From the NCBI GenBank assembly GCA_964291495.2, contig OZ219868.1, positions 80,743 through 144,742 on the forward strand: 64,000 nucleotides of DNA. Reading direction: 5' to 3'. A program made the position numbers and the translations under genes. The notes beneath the pieces are model-generated. The model was given only the letters and a program-made list of their open reading frames with translations. It searched no databases and had not been told where the DNA came from. Source of the stretch: Dehalococcoidia bacterium (lineage in GTDB: Bacteria; Chloroflexota; Dehalococcoidia; UBA2979). Numbering within the stretch: the first letter of the stretch is position 1; each line of letters begins with the position of its first letter. Below are positions 25,396-34,003 of this stretch, one piece after another.

Positions 25396-26586
25396 GTGCG
25401 GCTCGATCTGTTCTACGAGTTCTGTCAGGGCGCCGGGTACCCGATCCCGCACGGGGCGGACCGCCAGCTGTTCGAAGAGATCCTCGAGCAGGCCGAGGTC
25501 GCCGACGAGGCCGGCTTCGACGTGTTCTGGTCCGTGGAGCACCACGGCTCCGTCGAGGTCACGCACATGCCCGCGCCGGAGCAGTTCCTGACGGCCGTCG
25601 CGATGCGCACGAAGCAGCTGCGCGTCGGCCACTCGGTCGTGCTGACGCACCCGCTCTTCAACCACCCCGTGCGCGTCGCCGAGCGCGCCTCGGTGCTCGA
25701 CAACCTCAGCGGGGGGCGCCTCGAGATGGGGTTCGGGCGGTCGACGCCGCGTGAGTGGGCGATCTTCCACATCGACGGCGACGAGACGCGGCCGGTCCTC
25801 GAGGAGATCTTGCACTTGATGCCGCAGATCTGGACGCAGGACAGCTTCCAGTACGACGGCGAGTACTTCCAGATCGCGCCGATCACGATGGTCCCGCGGA
25901 TGCTGCAGAAGCCACATCCGAGGATGTGGATCGCCGCCGGCAGCGACGAGTCGCTGCGGATGGCGGGCAAGCTCGGCGTCGGCGTGCTCAGCCTGACGCT
26001 GCTCCGCCCCTTCTCCGAGCTGGAGAAGACACTGAGCATCTACCGCGAGGCGCAGCAGGTGCAGAACCCGGTCGCCCCGGACCTTGTCAACAACCAGGCC
26101 GGCGCCTTCACCTTCGTCTACTGCGCGCCCACGCTCGACGAGGCGATCAACGACGGCGCCTCGGAGGCCGCGGCCTGGTACATGAGCAAGGTCTACGCGC
26201 TCTACGGCTCGATCCCCGTGCGCGAGGGCGAGGCGGGCTACCACTTCGCCCGCGACCGCGCGGCGCAGATCGAGGCGATTGAGAAGTCCGGCGACTCGCC
26301 CGGCCGCCAGGTCATGCTCAAGCTCCTCGACGAGGTGCCGGTCTCCCGCCTCGAGTTCTACGAGGCGATGAATGCCGAGAACCAGATCGTCGTCGGCACG
26401 CCGGACGAGGTGATCCGCAAGCTCGAGGCCTACGAGGGCATCGGCCTGGATCGCATGATGTGCATGGTCATGGGCGGCCCGGACCTGCCGCAGGAGAAGA
26501 TCCTGCAGTCCCTCAAGCTGATGGGCGAAACCGTAATTCCGCACTTCCACGACCGCTCGCCCGACCCGAAGCCGCCGATCGCCTAG
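25396..26586 (+). CDS. LLM-class (luciferase-like) flavin-dependent oxidoreductase
   Basis: ADEAGFDVFWSVEHH, HPVRVAERASVLDNLSGGRLEMGFGR, QKPHPRMWIA and VGTPDEV; GGAGGAGG SD. Confidence 0.92.
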   Translation: MRLDLFYEFCQGAGYPIPHGADRQLFEEILEQAEVADEAGFDVFWSVEHHGSVEVTHMPAPEQFLTAVAMRTKQLRVGHSVVLTHPLFNHPVRVAERASVLDNLSGGRLEMGFGRSTPREWAIFHIDGDETRPVLEEILHLMPQIWTQDSFQYDGEYFQIAPITMVPRMLQKPHPRMWIAAGSDESLRMAGKLGVGVLSLTLLRPFSELEKTLSIYREAQQVQNPVAPDLVNNQAGAFTFVYCAPTLDEAINDGASEAAAWYMSKVYALYGSIPVREGEAGYHFARDRAAQIEAIEKSGDSPGRQVMLKLLDEVPVSRLEFYEAMNAENQIVVGTPDEVIRKLEAYEGIGLDRMMCMVMGGPDLPQEKILQSLKLMGETVIPHFHDRSPDPKPPIA

Positions 26587-26622
26587 GCGTTCCCGGCGCG
26601 GGCGCGGCAGGAGAACACCGCG

Positions 26623-27393
26623 ATGTCCTTCGTACGCGAGCGGATGCGAATGGACGGCCGTGTCGCCGTGGTGACCGGCGGCGGCCAGGGCGTCGGCCGC
26701 GCGATCGCGCTCGGCATGGCGGACGCGGGAGCGCGCGTCGTGATCGGCGAGATCAACGAGGAGACCGGCCCGCGCACCGCCGTGGAGATCGAGGAGCTCG
26801 GCGGCGAGGCGCTCTGGCTCCTTACCGACGTGCGCAAGCAGGAGGACCTTATCGCGTTGGTCGCGGCGGCGCAGGAGCACTTCGGCCGGATCGACTCGAT
26901 GTTCAACAACGCCGGCGGCAACTTCCAGCTGCCCGCAATCGACATGTCCCCCAACGGGTTCGATGCGATCGTGCGGATGAATCTGAAATCGATGTTCCTT
27001 GGGAGCCAGGCGGCGGCTCGCACGATGCTGTCCGAGGGCCACGGCGGCAGCATCGTGAGCACGTCCTCGGTGGCCGGGCTGCGCTCGGGCGGCAATCAGA
27101 CCGCCGTCTACGCCGCCTCCAAGGCGGGCATCATGGGGATGACGCGCGCCCTCGCGGCCGAGTGGGGCGAGCACGGCATCCGCGTCAACTCCGTCGCCCC
27201 CGGCGCCGTCGACACCGCGGGACGGACGCGCAACATGCACGGCGACCCGTGGGAGCGTTCCGCGGGCAACCCGATGGGCCGCATCGCGCAACCCGAGGAC
27301 ATCGCCGGGGCGGCGGTCTTCCTCGCCTCGGACCTCGCGGGCCATATCACCGGCCAGGTGCTGGCCGTGGACGGCGGCGCCAGCATCTCCTGA
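26623..27393 (+). CDS. Short-chain dehydrogenase/reductase
   Basis: TGGGQGVG, NNAG, YAASK and ITGQVLAVDGG. Confidence 0.93.
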   Translation: MSFVRERMRMDGRVAVVTGGGQGVGRAIALGMADAGARVVIGEINEETGPRTAVEIEELGGEALWLLTDVRKQEDLIALVAAAQEHFGRIDSMFNNAGGNFQLPAIDMSPNGFDAIVRMNLKSMFLGSQAAARTMLSEGHGGSIVSTSSVAGLRSGGNQTAVYAASKAGIMGMTRALAAEWGEHGIRVNSVAPGAVDTAGRTRNMHGDPWERSAGNPMGRIAQPEDIAGAAVFLASDLAGHITGQVLAVDGGASIS

Positions 27394-27417
27394 CGCGACC
27401 CGCCGGGCGTGCTGTCG

Positions 27418-28596
27418 CTAGGTGGCGGTAGCGTGCTCCGTGCTGCCGTCGAAGTGGACGAACTCGACGATCTCCAGTCCGTAGCCGTCGAGGCCGGAGC
27501 GCTTCACGGGGTTGTCCGTGATCAGGCGCATCTTCTGCACCCCGAGGTCGACGAGGATCTGCATCGCAATGCCGTAGTCGGGGAGACCCAGCGCCTCGGT
27601 GGCCGTCTCACCGGCGGCGCCGACCAGCGGTTGCACGCCGCTCCCCGCCTTCTGGTGCACGCCGACGCCGCGCCCTTGCTGGTAGAGGTAGACGATTACG
27701 CCGCGGCCCTCCTCGCCGACAAGCCGCATCGCGGTCTGGAGCTGCTGGCCGCAATCGCAGCCGAGGGAGCGCAGCACGTCGCCGCTGACGCACTGGTCGT
27801 GCACGCGCACCAGCACCGGCTCGTCGCCGGCGAGATCGCCTGTCACGAATGCGATGTGCTCGCGCGTGTCGATCAGCGTGCGGTAGGCGACCGCGCTGAA
27901 CTCGCCGTAGCGGCTCGGCAGATCCGCCGAGGTGACCCGCTCGATCAGCGAGTCGGTGCGCAGGCGGTGGGCGATCAGGTCGTTGACGGTGACGATCTTG
28001 AAGCCGTGGGCACGGCCGAGGGCGACGAGGTCCGGCATCCGCGCCATCGTCCCGTCGTCGCGCATGATCTCGCAGATCACCGCCGCGGGGCTGCAGCCCG
28101 CCAGCCGCGCGAGGTCCACCGAGGCCTCCGTGTGGCCGGCGCGCTCCAGCACGCCGCCCTCACGGGCGCGCAGCGGAAAGATGTGCCCCGGCCGGGTCAG
28201 CTGCTCGGGCTTCGTCGCGGGGTCCACGAGCAGGCGAATCGTATGCGCCTTGTCCTGCGCAGAGGCGCCCGTCGTGACACCGTCGCGGGCCTCGACGGTG
28301 ACGGTGAAGCCCTTGGCGAGCGGGGAGGTGTTGCGCCCGGTCATCAGCGGGATCGCCAGCTCGTCGAGGCGCTCGCCCGCCATGGCGACGCAGATCAGCC
28401 CGCGCGTCTCGCGCGCCATGAACGCGATCAGCTCGGCGCTGATGAACTCCGCGGGGATGCAGAGGTCGCCTTCGTTCTCACGTCCCTCGTCGTCGGCGAT
28501 GATCACCGGGCGGCCGTTGCGGAACTCGTCGATCGCCTCGGGGACGGCGACGATCTCGCCCTCGTGCTCGTGTCCGTTGAACTGGCTGGAGGTCAT
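27418..28596 (-). CDS. ribB: 3,4-dihydroxy-2-butanone-4-phosphate synthase fused to a degenerate GTP cyclohydrolase II-like domain (RibBA/RibBX type)
   Basis: RibB motifs DDEGRENEGD, GLIC, FTVTV, TTGASA, RPGHIFPL, RAGHTEA and ICEI are intact. The C-terminal domain has RVHDQC-x10-CDC but altered downstream motifs. Confidence 0.9.
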   Translation of the reverse strand: MTSSQFNGHEHEGEIVAVPEAIDEFRNGRPVIIADDEGRENEGDLCIPAEFISAELIAFMARETRGLICVAMAGERLDELAIPLMTGRNTSPLAKGFTVTVEARDGVTTGASAQDKAHTIRLLVDPATKPEQLTRPGHIFPLRAREGGVLERAGHTEASVDLARLAGCSPAAVICEIMRDDGTMARMPDLVALGRAHGFKIVTVNDLIAHRLRTDSLIERVTSADLPSRYGEFSAVAYRTLIDTREHIAFVTGDLAGDEPVLVRVHDQCVSGDVLRSLGCDCGQQLQTAMRLVGEEGRGVIVYLYQQGRGVGVHQKAGSGVQPLVGAAGETATEALGLPDYGIAMQILVDLGVQKMRLITDNPVKRSGLDGYGLEIVEFVHFDGSTEHATAT

Positions 28597-28645
28597 GTCA
28601 GCGCCTCTCGCTCGGTCGCTGATTCGAGCCTATCACGCGGCGGGC

Positions 28646-29428
28646 TCAGAGCCCCTGCGCGTCGCACAGCTCCTGGTCCCAGAGGACGTGGCCGCTGAAT
28701 CCCGGCGGCTGCTCGCAGATCCAGGCCGTCGCCTTCGCCATCGCCTCGGCGACCTCGAACTCCAGTGGATCGCCGAAGTCGCGGCCGGCGTAGAGGTTGC
28801 CGGGCGTCTTGAGGCGTCCCATCGGCGAGAGCACGTTGCAGGAGATGCGCGAGCCGTCGTACTGCAGGTCACGCGCCAGCTGCTCATTGAAGCGGTTCAG
28901 TCCGGCCTTGAAGGCGGAGTAGATGAAGCTCCCGGTGCGAGGGCGCTCGTAGGGGGCGGGCCCGATCGGGCGCGCGGCGTTCGAGGAGACGTTGATGATA
29001 TGCCCGCCGCCGCTCGCCCGCATGTGCGGGATCGCCTGGCGGCAGAGCACGATCGGCGCGCGCAGGTCGATCTGCCAGATCAGCTCCAGCCGCTCCAGCG
29101 GGATCTCCTCGACGCTCCCCTGGAAGGTGATGCCCGCGTTGTTGACGAGAATGTCGAGGCGCCCGAACTCGGCGATCGTGGCGTCGACCAGCGCCTGCGT
29201 GTCCTCGATGTAACGCACGTTGGTCCGGACGGCGAGCGCGCGCCCGCCCGCGTCCTCGATCTCCCGCACGACCGAGTGGATCGTGCCGGGCAGGCGCGGG
29301 TCCGGCTCCTGCTCGCTGCGCGCGGCGACGGCGACGGCCACGCCGAGCCCGCCGAGGTGGCGCGCGATGTCCGCGCCGATGCCCCGGCTTGCTCCGGTGA
29401 CGATCGCGACCTTGCCCTCAAGCGCCAT
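28646..29428 (-). CDS. Short-chain dehydrogenase/reductase
   Basis: TGASRGIG, NNAG and YSAFK. Confidence 0.92.
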   Translation of the reverse strand: MALEGKVAIVTGASRGIGADIARHLGGLGVAVAVAARSEQEPDPRLPGTIHSVVREIEDAGGRALAVRTNVRYIEDTQALVDATIAEFGRLDILVNNAGITFQGSVEEIPLERLELIWQIDLRAPIVLCRQAIPHMRASGGGHIINVSSNAARPIGPAPYERPRTGSFIYSAFKAGLNRFNEQLARDLQYDGSRISCNVLSPMGRLKTPGNLYAGRDFGDPLEFEVAEAMAKATAWICEQPPGFSGHVLWDQELCDAQGL

Positions 29429-29535
29429 CGAGGGCGGAGTCTACCTGTCGCGGGCTTGAAGGTCGCGCGGCGCGGGCGCGGGCAACGCCCTCGCGTCTGC
29501 CTCGCTATGCTCGCGGTGCGCGATAGGAGGGCACG

Positions 29536-30732
29536 ATGGCTTACGGCGATACACCACACGACGCGATGCTGAAGGAGGCCTGGGAGCAGTTCTGCGACGA
29601 CCTCAAGGGGGCGAGCTCGTACATCTTCGACGACCCTGCGCCGGCGACGGCGCTGGACCGCGCACGCGGCTTCCAGTACCTCACGCAGAACATCGCACTC
29701 GGCCTCGAGGTCAACGTCGAGCACTCCGACCCGCTCTACCCGGACTTCTTCCGCCCGATGACGCCGGTGCGCAAGTACGGCGGGGACAATCCGGACTGCA
29801 TCTACCTGCGCGCCCTGCTCGACGGCTCCGAAACCTACCGCATCACGGGCAACCGCGGCGGCGTCCACTACCTCGTCTTCGGCTCGTACCGGCCGGCCGA
29901 GCTCACGCCGCAGGGCGAGTCCGCCGAGGTCGGGCGGATCATGGGCAAGGACCTCGTCACCAACTGGGACGGCAGCTTCGAGATCATCGTCAGCCCGGAC
30001 GAGCACCCTGGGAACTGGCTCCGCACGGTCCCCGAGGTCGACCGCCTCACGGTCCGCCAGTTCTTCGGCGACTGGGCCGCCGAGGCGCCGATCGACGTGA
30101 TGATCGAGCGGATCGGCGACCACGGGCCTCCGGAGCCGATATCGCCCGAGCGGATGGCGCGCGGCCTCGCCGGGGCGGCGGACTGGGTCGGCGACACGGC
30201 GAGCTACTGGCGCTGGTGGCAGCAGCGCTACCGCGAGCAGCCGAACACCTTCCGCACCTCGGCCACGCAGGGCGCCGTCGGCGCCGCGCCGGGCGGGATC
30301 ATCTACCACATGTACTGGATGGTGCAGCCGGACGAGGCGCTGCTGATCGAGTTCACGCCGCCGATCTGCGACTACTGGGAGCTGGAGCTCAACGACTACT
30401 GGATGACCTCGATCGACTACCGCTACCACATGGCCGGCGTGAACTGCCGGCAGTCGCCCACCGAGCGCGACGGCTCGGCGCGCGTGGTCGTCTCGCACGA
30501 GGACCCCGGCGTCCCCAACTGGCTCTCCACGGGCCACATGAACGAGGGCCATATCGGCCTGCGCTGGATGCAGTGCGAGACGGACGAGCCGCCTTTCCCG
30601 GAGACGCGCCTCGTCAAGCTCGCCGACCTCGACGGGCTGCTGCCGGACGACGCGCTGCGCATGGACGCTGAGGAGCGCCGCAAGCAGATGGCGCACCGCC
30701 GCCGAGGCGTGGCGCGCCGCTTCCGCGTGTAG
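29536..30732 (+). CDS. DUF1214-domain protein
   Basis: AWEQFCDDLK...RARGFQYL, KYGGDNPDCIY, YRITGNRG, DGSFEI, VRQFFGDW, PDEALLIE and HEDPGVPNWL...GH...LRW pattern; AGGAGG SD. Confidence 0.75.
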   Translation: MAYGDTPHDAMLKEAWEQFCDDLKGASSYIFDDPAPATALDRARGFQYLTQNIALGLEVNVEHSDPLYPDFFRPMTPVRKYGGDNPDCIYLRALLDGSETYRITGNRGGVHYLVFGSYRPAELTPQGESAEVGRIMGKDLVTNWDGSFEIIVSPDEHPGNWLRTVPEVDRLTVRQFFGDWAAEAPIDVMIERIGDHGPPEPISPERMARGLAGAADWVGDTASYWRWWQQRYREQPNTFRTSATQGAVGAAPGGIIYHMYWMVQPDEALLIEFTPPICDYWELELNDYWMTSIDYRYHMAGVNCRQSPTERDGSARVVVSHEDPGVPNWLSTGHMNEGHIGLRWMQCETDEPPFPETRLVKLADLDGLLPDDALRMDAEERRKQMAHRRRGVARRFRV

Positions 30733-30793
30733 CGCCGAACGCGGCTACGATCGCCCTCGGCGGCCGGAGGGCGTCGAGGACGGAGGAGCGAGG

Positions 30794-31777
30794 GTGGCCG
30801 ACGCGACCAGGGCCGACAGAATCGTGGTCCTCGACGGGGCCAAGCTCAATCCGGGTGATCTGAGCTGGGACGGCCTCGCCGCCTTCGGCGAGCTGACGGT
30901 CCACGAACTCACCCCGCCCGAAGCGGTCGTTGAGCGCGCCGCCGGCTGCCGCTACGTCTTCACCAACAAGACGGTGCTCCGCGCCGAGACGATCCGGCAA
31001 CTGCCCGACCTCGCCTACATAGGCGTGCTCGCGACCGGCTACGACGTCGTCGACGTCGCGGAGGCGGTGAGCCGCGGCATCGTGGTGACCAACGTGCCGG
31101 CCTATGGCACCGACTCCGTGGCGCAGCACGCGGCTGCGCTGATGCTCGAGCTCGCGCGCCGCACCGCGCCGCACGCCGAGGCCGTGCGCGAGGGCGCCTG
31201 GAGCGGCGAGGGCGAGTGGTGCTTCTCCGTCGCGCCGATGATGGAGCTCTCCGACCGCAACCTCGGCGTCGTCGGACTGGGGCGGATCGGGCGCGCCGTC
31301 GCACGCATCGGTGCGGCGATGGGCATGACGATCCTCGCCAGCAACACGCACCGGCCGGATGCGGCGGCCCTCGAAGGCATCGAGGTGGAGTTCACGGGCA
31401 TCGACGACCTCTTCAGCCGCGCCGACGTGCTGAGCCTGCATTGCCCGCTGACGCCGGACACCGAGCGGCTCGTCGACGCGCGGCGGCTGGCGCTGATGAA
31501 GCCCGAGGCGCTGCTGATCAACACCGGCCGCGGCCCGCTGGTGGACAGCGCCGCTCTCGCCGCGGCCCTCGAGGCGGGGACGATCGCGGGCGCCGGCCTC
31601 GACGTGCTCGAAGCGGAGCCGCCGCCAGAGGATCACCCGCTGCTGCGCGCGCCGAACTGCATCATCACGCCGCACGTCGCCTGGTACGCGCGGGCGTCGC
31701 GGCAGCGGCTGATGGACATTGCCGTCGCCAACCTGCGCGCCTTCGTCGAAGGACGGCCCGCCAACACGGTCGGTTAG
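30794..31777 (+). CDS. D-2-hydroxyacid dehydrogenase (glycerate dehydrogenase/hydroxypyruvate reductase-like)
   Basis: LNPGDLSW, LATGYDVVD, GLGRIG, LHCPLT, INTGRG, LDVLEAEP and ITPHVAW. Confidence 0.92.
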   Translation: MADATRADRIVVLDGAKLNPGDLSWDGLAAFGELTVHELTPPEAVVERAAGCRYVFTNKTVLRAETIRQLPDLAYIGVLATGYDVVDVAEAVSRGIVVTNVPAYGTDSVAQHAAALMLELARRTAPHAEAVREGAWSGEGEWCFSVAPMMELSDRNLGVVGLGRIGRAVARIGAAMGMTILASNTHRPDAAALEGIEVEFTGIDDLFSRADVLSLHCPLTPDTERLVDARRLALMKPEALLINTGRGPLVDSAALAAALEAGTIAGAGLDVLEAEPPPEDHPLLRAPNCIITPHVAWYARASRQRLMDIAVANLRAFVEGRPANTVG

Positions 31778-31799
31778 GCCGGAACCGCGACGCCGATCG

Positions 31800-33446
31800 T
31801 CACTGCCCGTGCGCGGAGAGCGTGATCAGCTCGATCGCCTCGTGGCTTGAGATTGAGCCGACGAACGTACCCGTCTCGCGGTCGGCGACCGGGAGCACGG
31901 TCAACGCACTCTCGATCATCCGCTGCAGCGCGTCCTCCACGAATTCGTCGGTATAGGCGTAGGGCGTGTCTTGGCGGAGGACCCGCTGGAGAGTGGTGTG
32001 CTCCCACTCCCTGCGAGGGAGATATCGCAGCAGGCTGAGGGAGACGATGCCCGCCAGCTCTTCGCCGTCCACGACCACGTAGTCATGCTGCTCGGGAAGC
32101 AGCCAGGTTGCGGCAAACGCCTTCACCGTCAGCCTCTGTTCCGGATGCATGCGGGACTCGTCCAGGACGTCCCGCACCTGGAGTCCCTCGAGGGCGAAAC
32201 GGTCCAGGGACGGTGGCAGTCCCTCGTCGGACACGTCGGGTTTCGCTTCGCCCAGCCGCCTGAGCGCGAAGCTGATGCCAAGGGGCGTGAGCAGGATGTA
32301 TCCAAGCATCACCAGCACGAGCAGGGAGAACACGCCCCGGTCGATCGCGCCGGCTTGGAACAGCAGGAGCAGCAGCGCAATCTCGGCCACTCCCTTTGCC
32401 ATCAGGCCGGCTGCCGTGGCGAGCGGCGCCTGGAGCCGGGTGATGTAGGCGCTGATGAACGCTCCCGCGAACTTCCCCGCCAGCGGCACCAGCGCCAGCA
32501 CGATGATGGTCTCGGGCGCGAGCCCGGTGAAGTCGAGGCTCAGGTGCAGCCCCGCGGACGCGAAGAACAACGGAACGAAGAACCCCTCGGCGGTCCCTCG
32601 CATTCCAGGCATGATGTCGTGACGCACCTGGTAGGGCAGGGTAGAAAGCGCCGCGCCGAACAACAGCGCGCCCAGCGAGCCGTGGAGGCCGACCTCCTCG
32701 GCCGCCACCACGACCAGGAACAGCCCGCCGAGCAACAATCCGAACGAGAGCTGCGGGACCTGCAGGATGTGGTACAGCAGCACGATCACCCTCGGAAGCA
32801 CCCTGGTGGAGACCACCCACGTCACAACGGCGAATCCGAGGATCTGCCCCACGACGATCGCGATGCTGGACCACTCCAGCTGGTGTCCGTGTTCCGTCAT
32901 CACACGGTCACTGATCGAGAAGCCGACGACGAACAGCGCGATCAGCTCGGCGATCACCACTGCGCTGAAGATCTGCACGCCTACGGGATCCTTCAGCCGC
33001 CCCTCGTCGATCAGCACCTTCGCGACCACCCCGAGGCTGGAGAGCGAGAGCACGCCCGCCAGCGCCAGCGCCTCGGTGAAGCTGAGCTCCAGTTGCAGAT
33101 CGAAGAACGCCTCCGTCGTCACCGCGAGCGAGACGAGGAGCGAGATCGCCACGGATAGCACCGCGGCCAGGAAGAGCCGGCCGCGAATCGCGGCGACGAA
33201 GCCCCAGACGTCAAGCTCGTCGAGGCCGATCAGGAAGAAGAAGATGAAGATCCCGATCCCCAGGACAACATCGACCTCGGGGCCTGCCTCGACCAACCCC
33301 GTGAGGGGGCCGAGCACAACGCCACTCGTGGCGTAGGCGACAATCGCGCTGAGGCCGAAGCGCTTGAATATGCCTTCGAGAACTTTGGCGAAGACGATCA
33401 ACAGCCCCATGAGGAGCAGGGCTTCGTGCATCTCCAAGGGAGCCAT
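31800..33446 (-). CDS. Cation:proton antiporter (CPA2-like) with a C-terminal CBS pair
   Basis: About 12 TM segments, SLSSLGVVAKVL, FFVPLFFASAGL and KFAGA. The C-terminal ~130 aa is CBS-like (YVVVDGEELAGIVSL; LPVADRETGTFVGSIS). Confidence 0.85.
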   Translation of the reverse strand: MAPLEMHEALLLMGLLIVFAKVLEGIFKRFGLSAIVAYATSGVVLGPLTGLVEAGPEVDVVLGIGIFIFFFLIGLDELDVWGFVAAIRGRLFLAAVLSVAISLLVSLAVTTEAFFDLQLELSFTEALALAGVLSLSSLGVVAKVLIDEGRLKDPVGVQIFSAVVIAELIALFVVGFSISDRVMTEHGHQLEWSSIAIVVGQILGFAVVTWVVSTRVLPRVIVLLYHILQVPQLSFGLLLGGLFLVVVAAEEVGLHGSLGALLFGAALSTLPYQVRHDIMPGMRGTAEGFFVPLFFASAGLHLSLDFTGLAPETIIVLALVPLAGKFAGAFISAYITRLQAPLATAAGLMAKGVAEIALLLLLFQAGAIDRGVFSLLVLVMLGYILLTPLGISFALRRLGEAKPDVSDEGLPPSLDRFALEGLQVRDVLDESRMHPEQRLTVKAFAATWLLPEQHDYVVVDGEELAGIVSLSLLRYLPRREWEHTTLQRVLRQDTPYAYTDEFVEDALQRMIESALTVLPVADRETGTFVGSISSHEAIELITLSAHGQ

Positions 33447-33628
33447 CCCCCTGATACGCCGCTCCGGCGATGACGGCGTCCGAGACGGTGCGGGGGAGTG
33501 TTCCTGATGTCAAGGCAATGCCGCCTGGCGAATGGTCGGGCGGCGGTGAATCACTCCTGACCGGCGCGTGTCGATGAGTCAGCGGGGCCGGCGAATACCA
33601 CCGCACCGATCGGGAGAGCTCAGGGATC

Positions 33629-33716
<88 letters not shown>

Positions 33717-33792
33717 CGCGTCGCCCGTCCAGCATCGCGCGAGGACGGCAACGCGACAAGCGCCGCAGCGAGAAGTAGGCGCGAGGTGAGAG

Positions 33793-33867
33793 TGGAGCGG
33801 AAGACGGGGGTCGAACCCGCGACCTCCTCCTTGGCAAGGAGGCGCTCTACCACTGAGCTACTTCCGC
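33793..33867 (-). tRNA. tRNA-Gly(GCC)
   Basis: Minus strand GCGGAAG-TAGCTCAGTGGTAGAGC-GCCTCC-TTGCCAA-GGAGG-AGGTC-GCGGGTTCGACCCCCGT-CTTCCGC-TCCA. Confidence 0.97.
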
Positions 33868-33963
33868 TGGCCTCGCCATGGTACGGCCAGCGCTCGCGCG
33901 CGGGCAACGTCGCCGGTGGCCCTTGAGGCGAGGCGCGGCAGGGCGTAGGCTGGGCAGACACAC

Positions 33964-33977
33964 CGCACGTTTGTTCG
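33964..33977. promoter_or_regulatory. Candidate LexA (SOS) box upstream of lhr
   Basis: CGCAC-GTTT-GTTCG, one mismatch from the Gram-positive/Chloroflexi-type CGAAC-N4-GTTCG, 26 nt before the lhr ATG. Confidence 0.5.
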
Positions 33978-34003
33978 CAGCAGTGCCAAATGACGGAGTA
34001 CCG

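Noticed and set aside
28597-28645. FMN riboswitch upstream of ribB
   Set aside because: The spacer is only ~50 nt and lacks RFN consensus elements.
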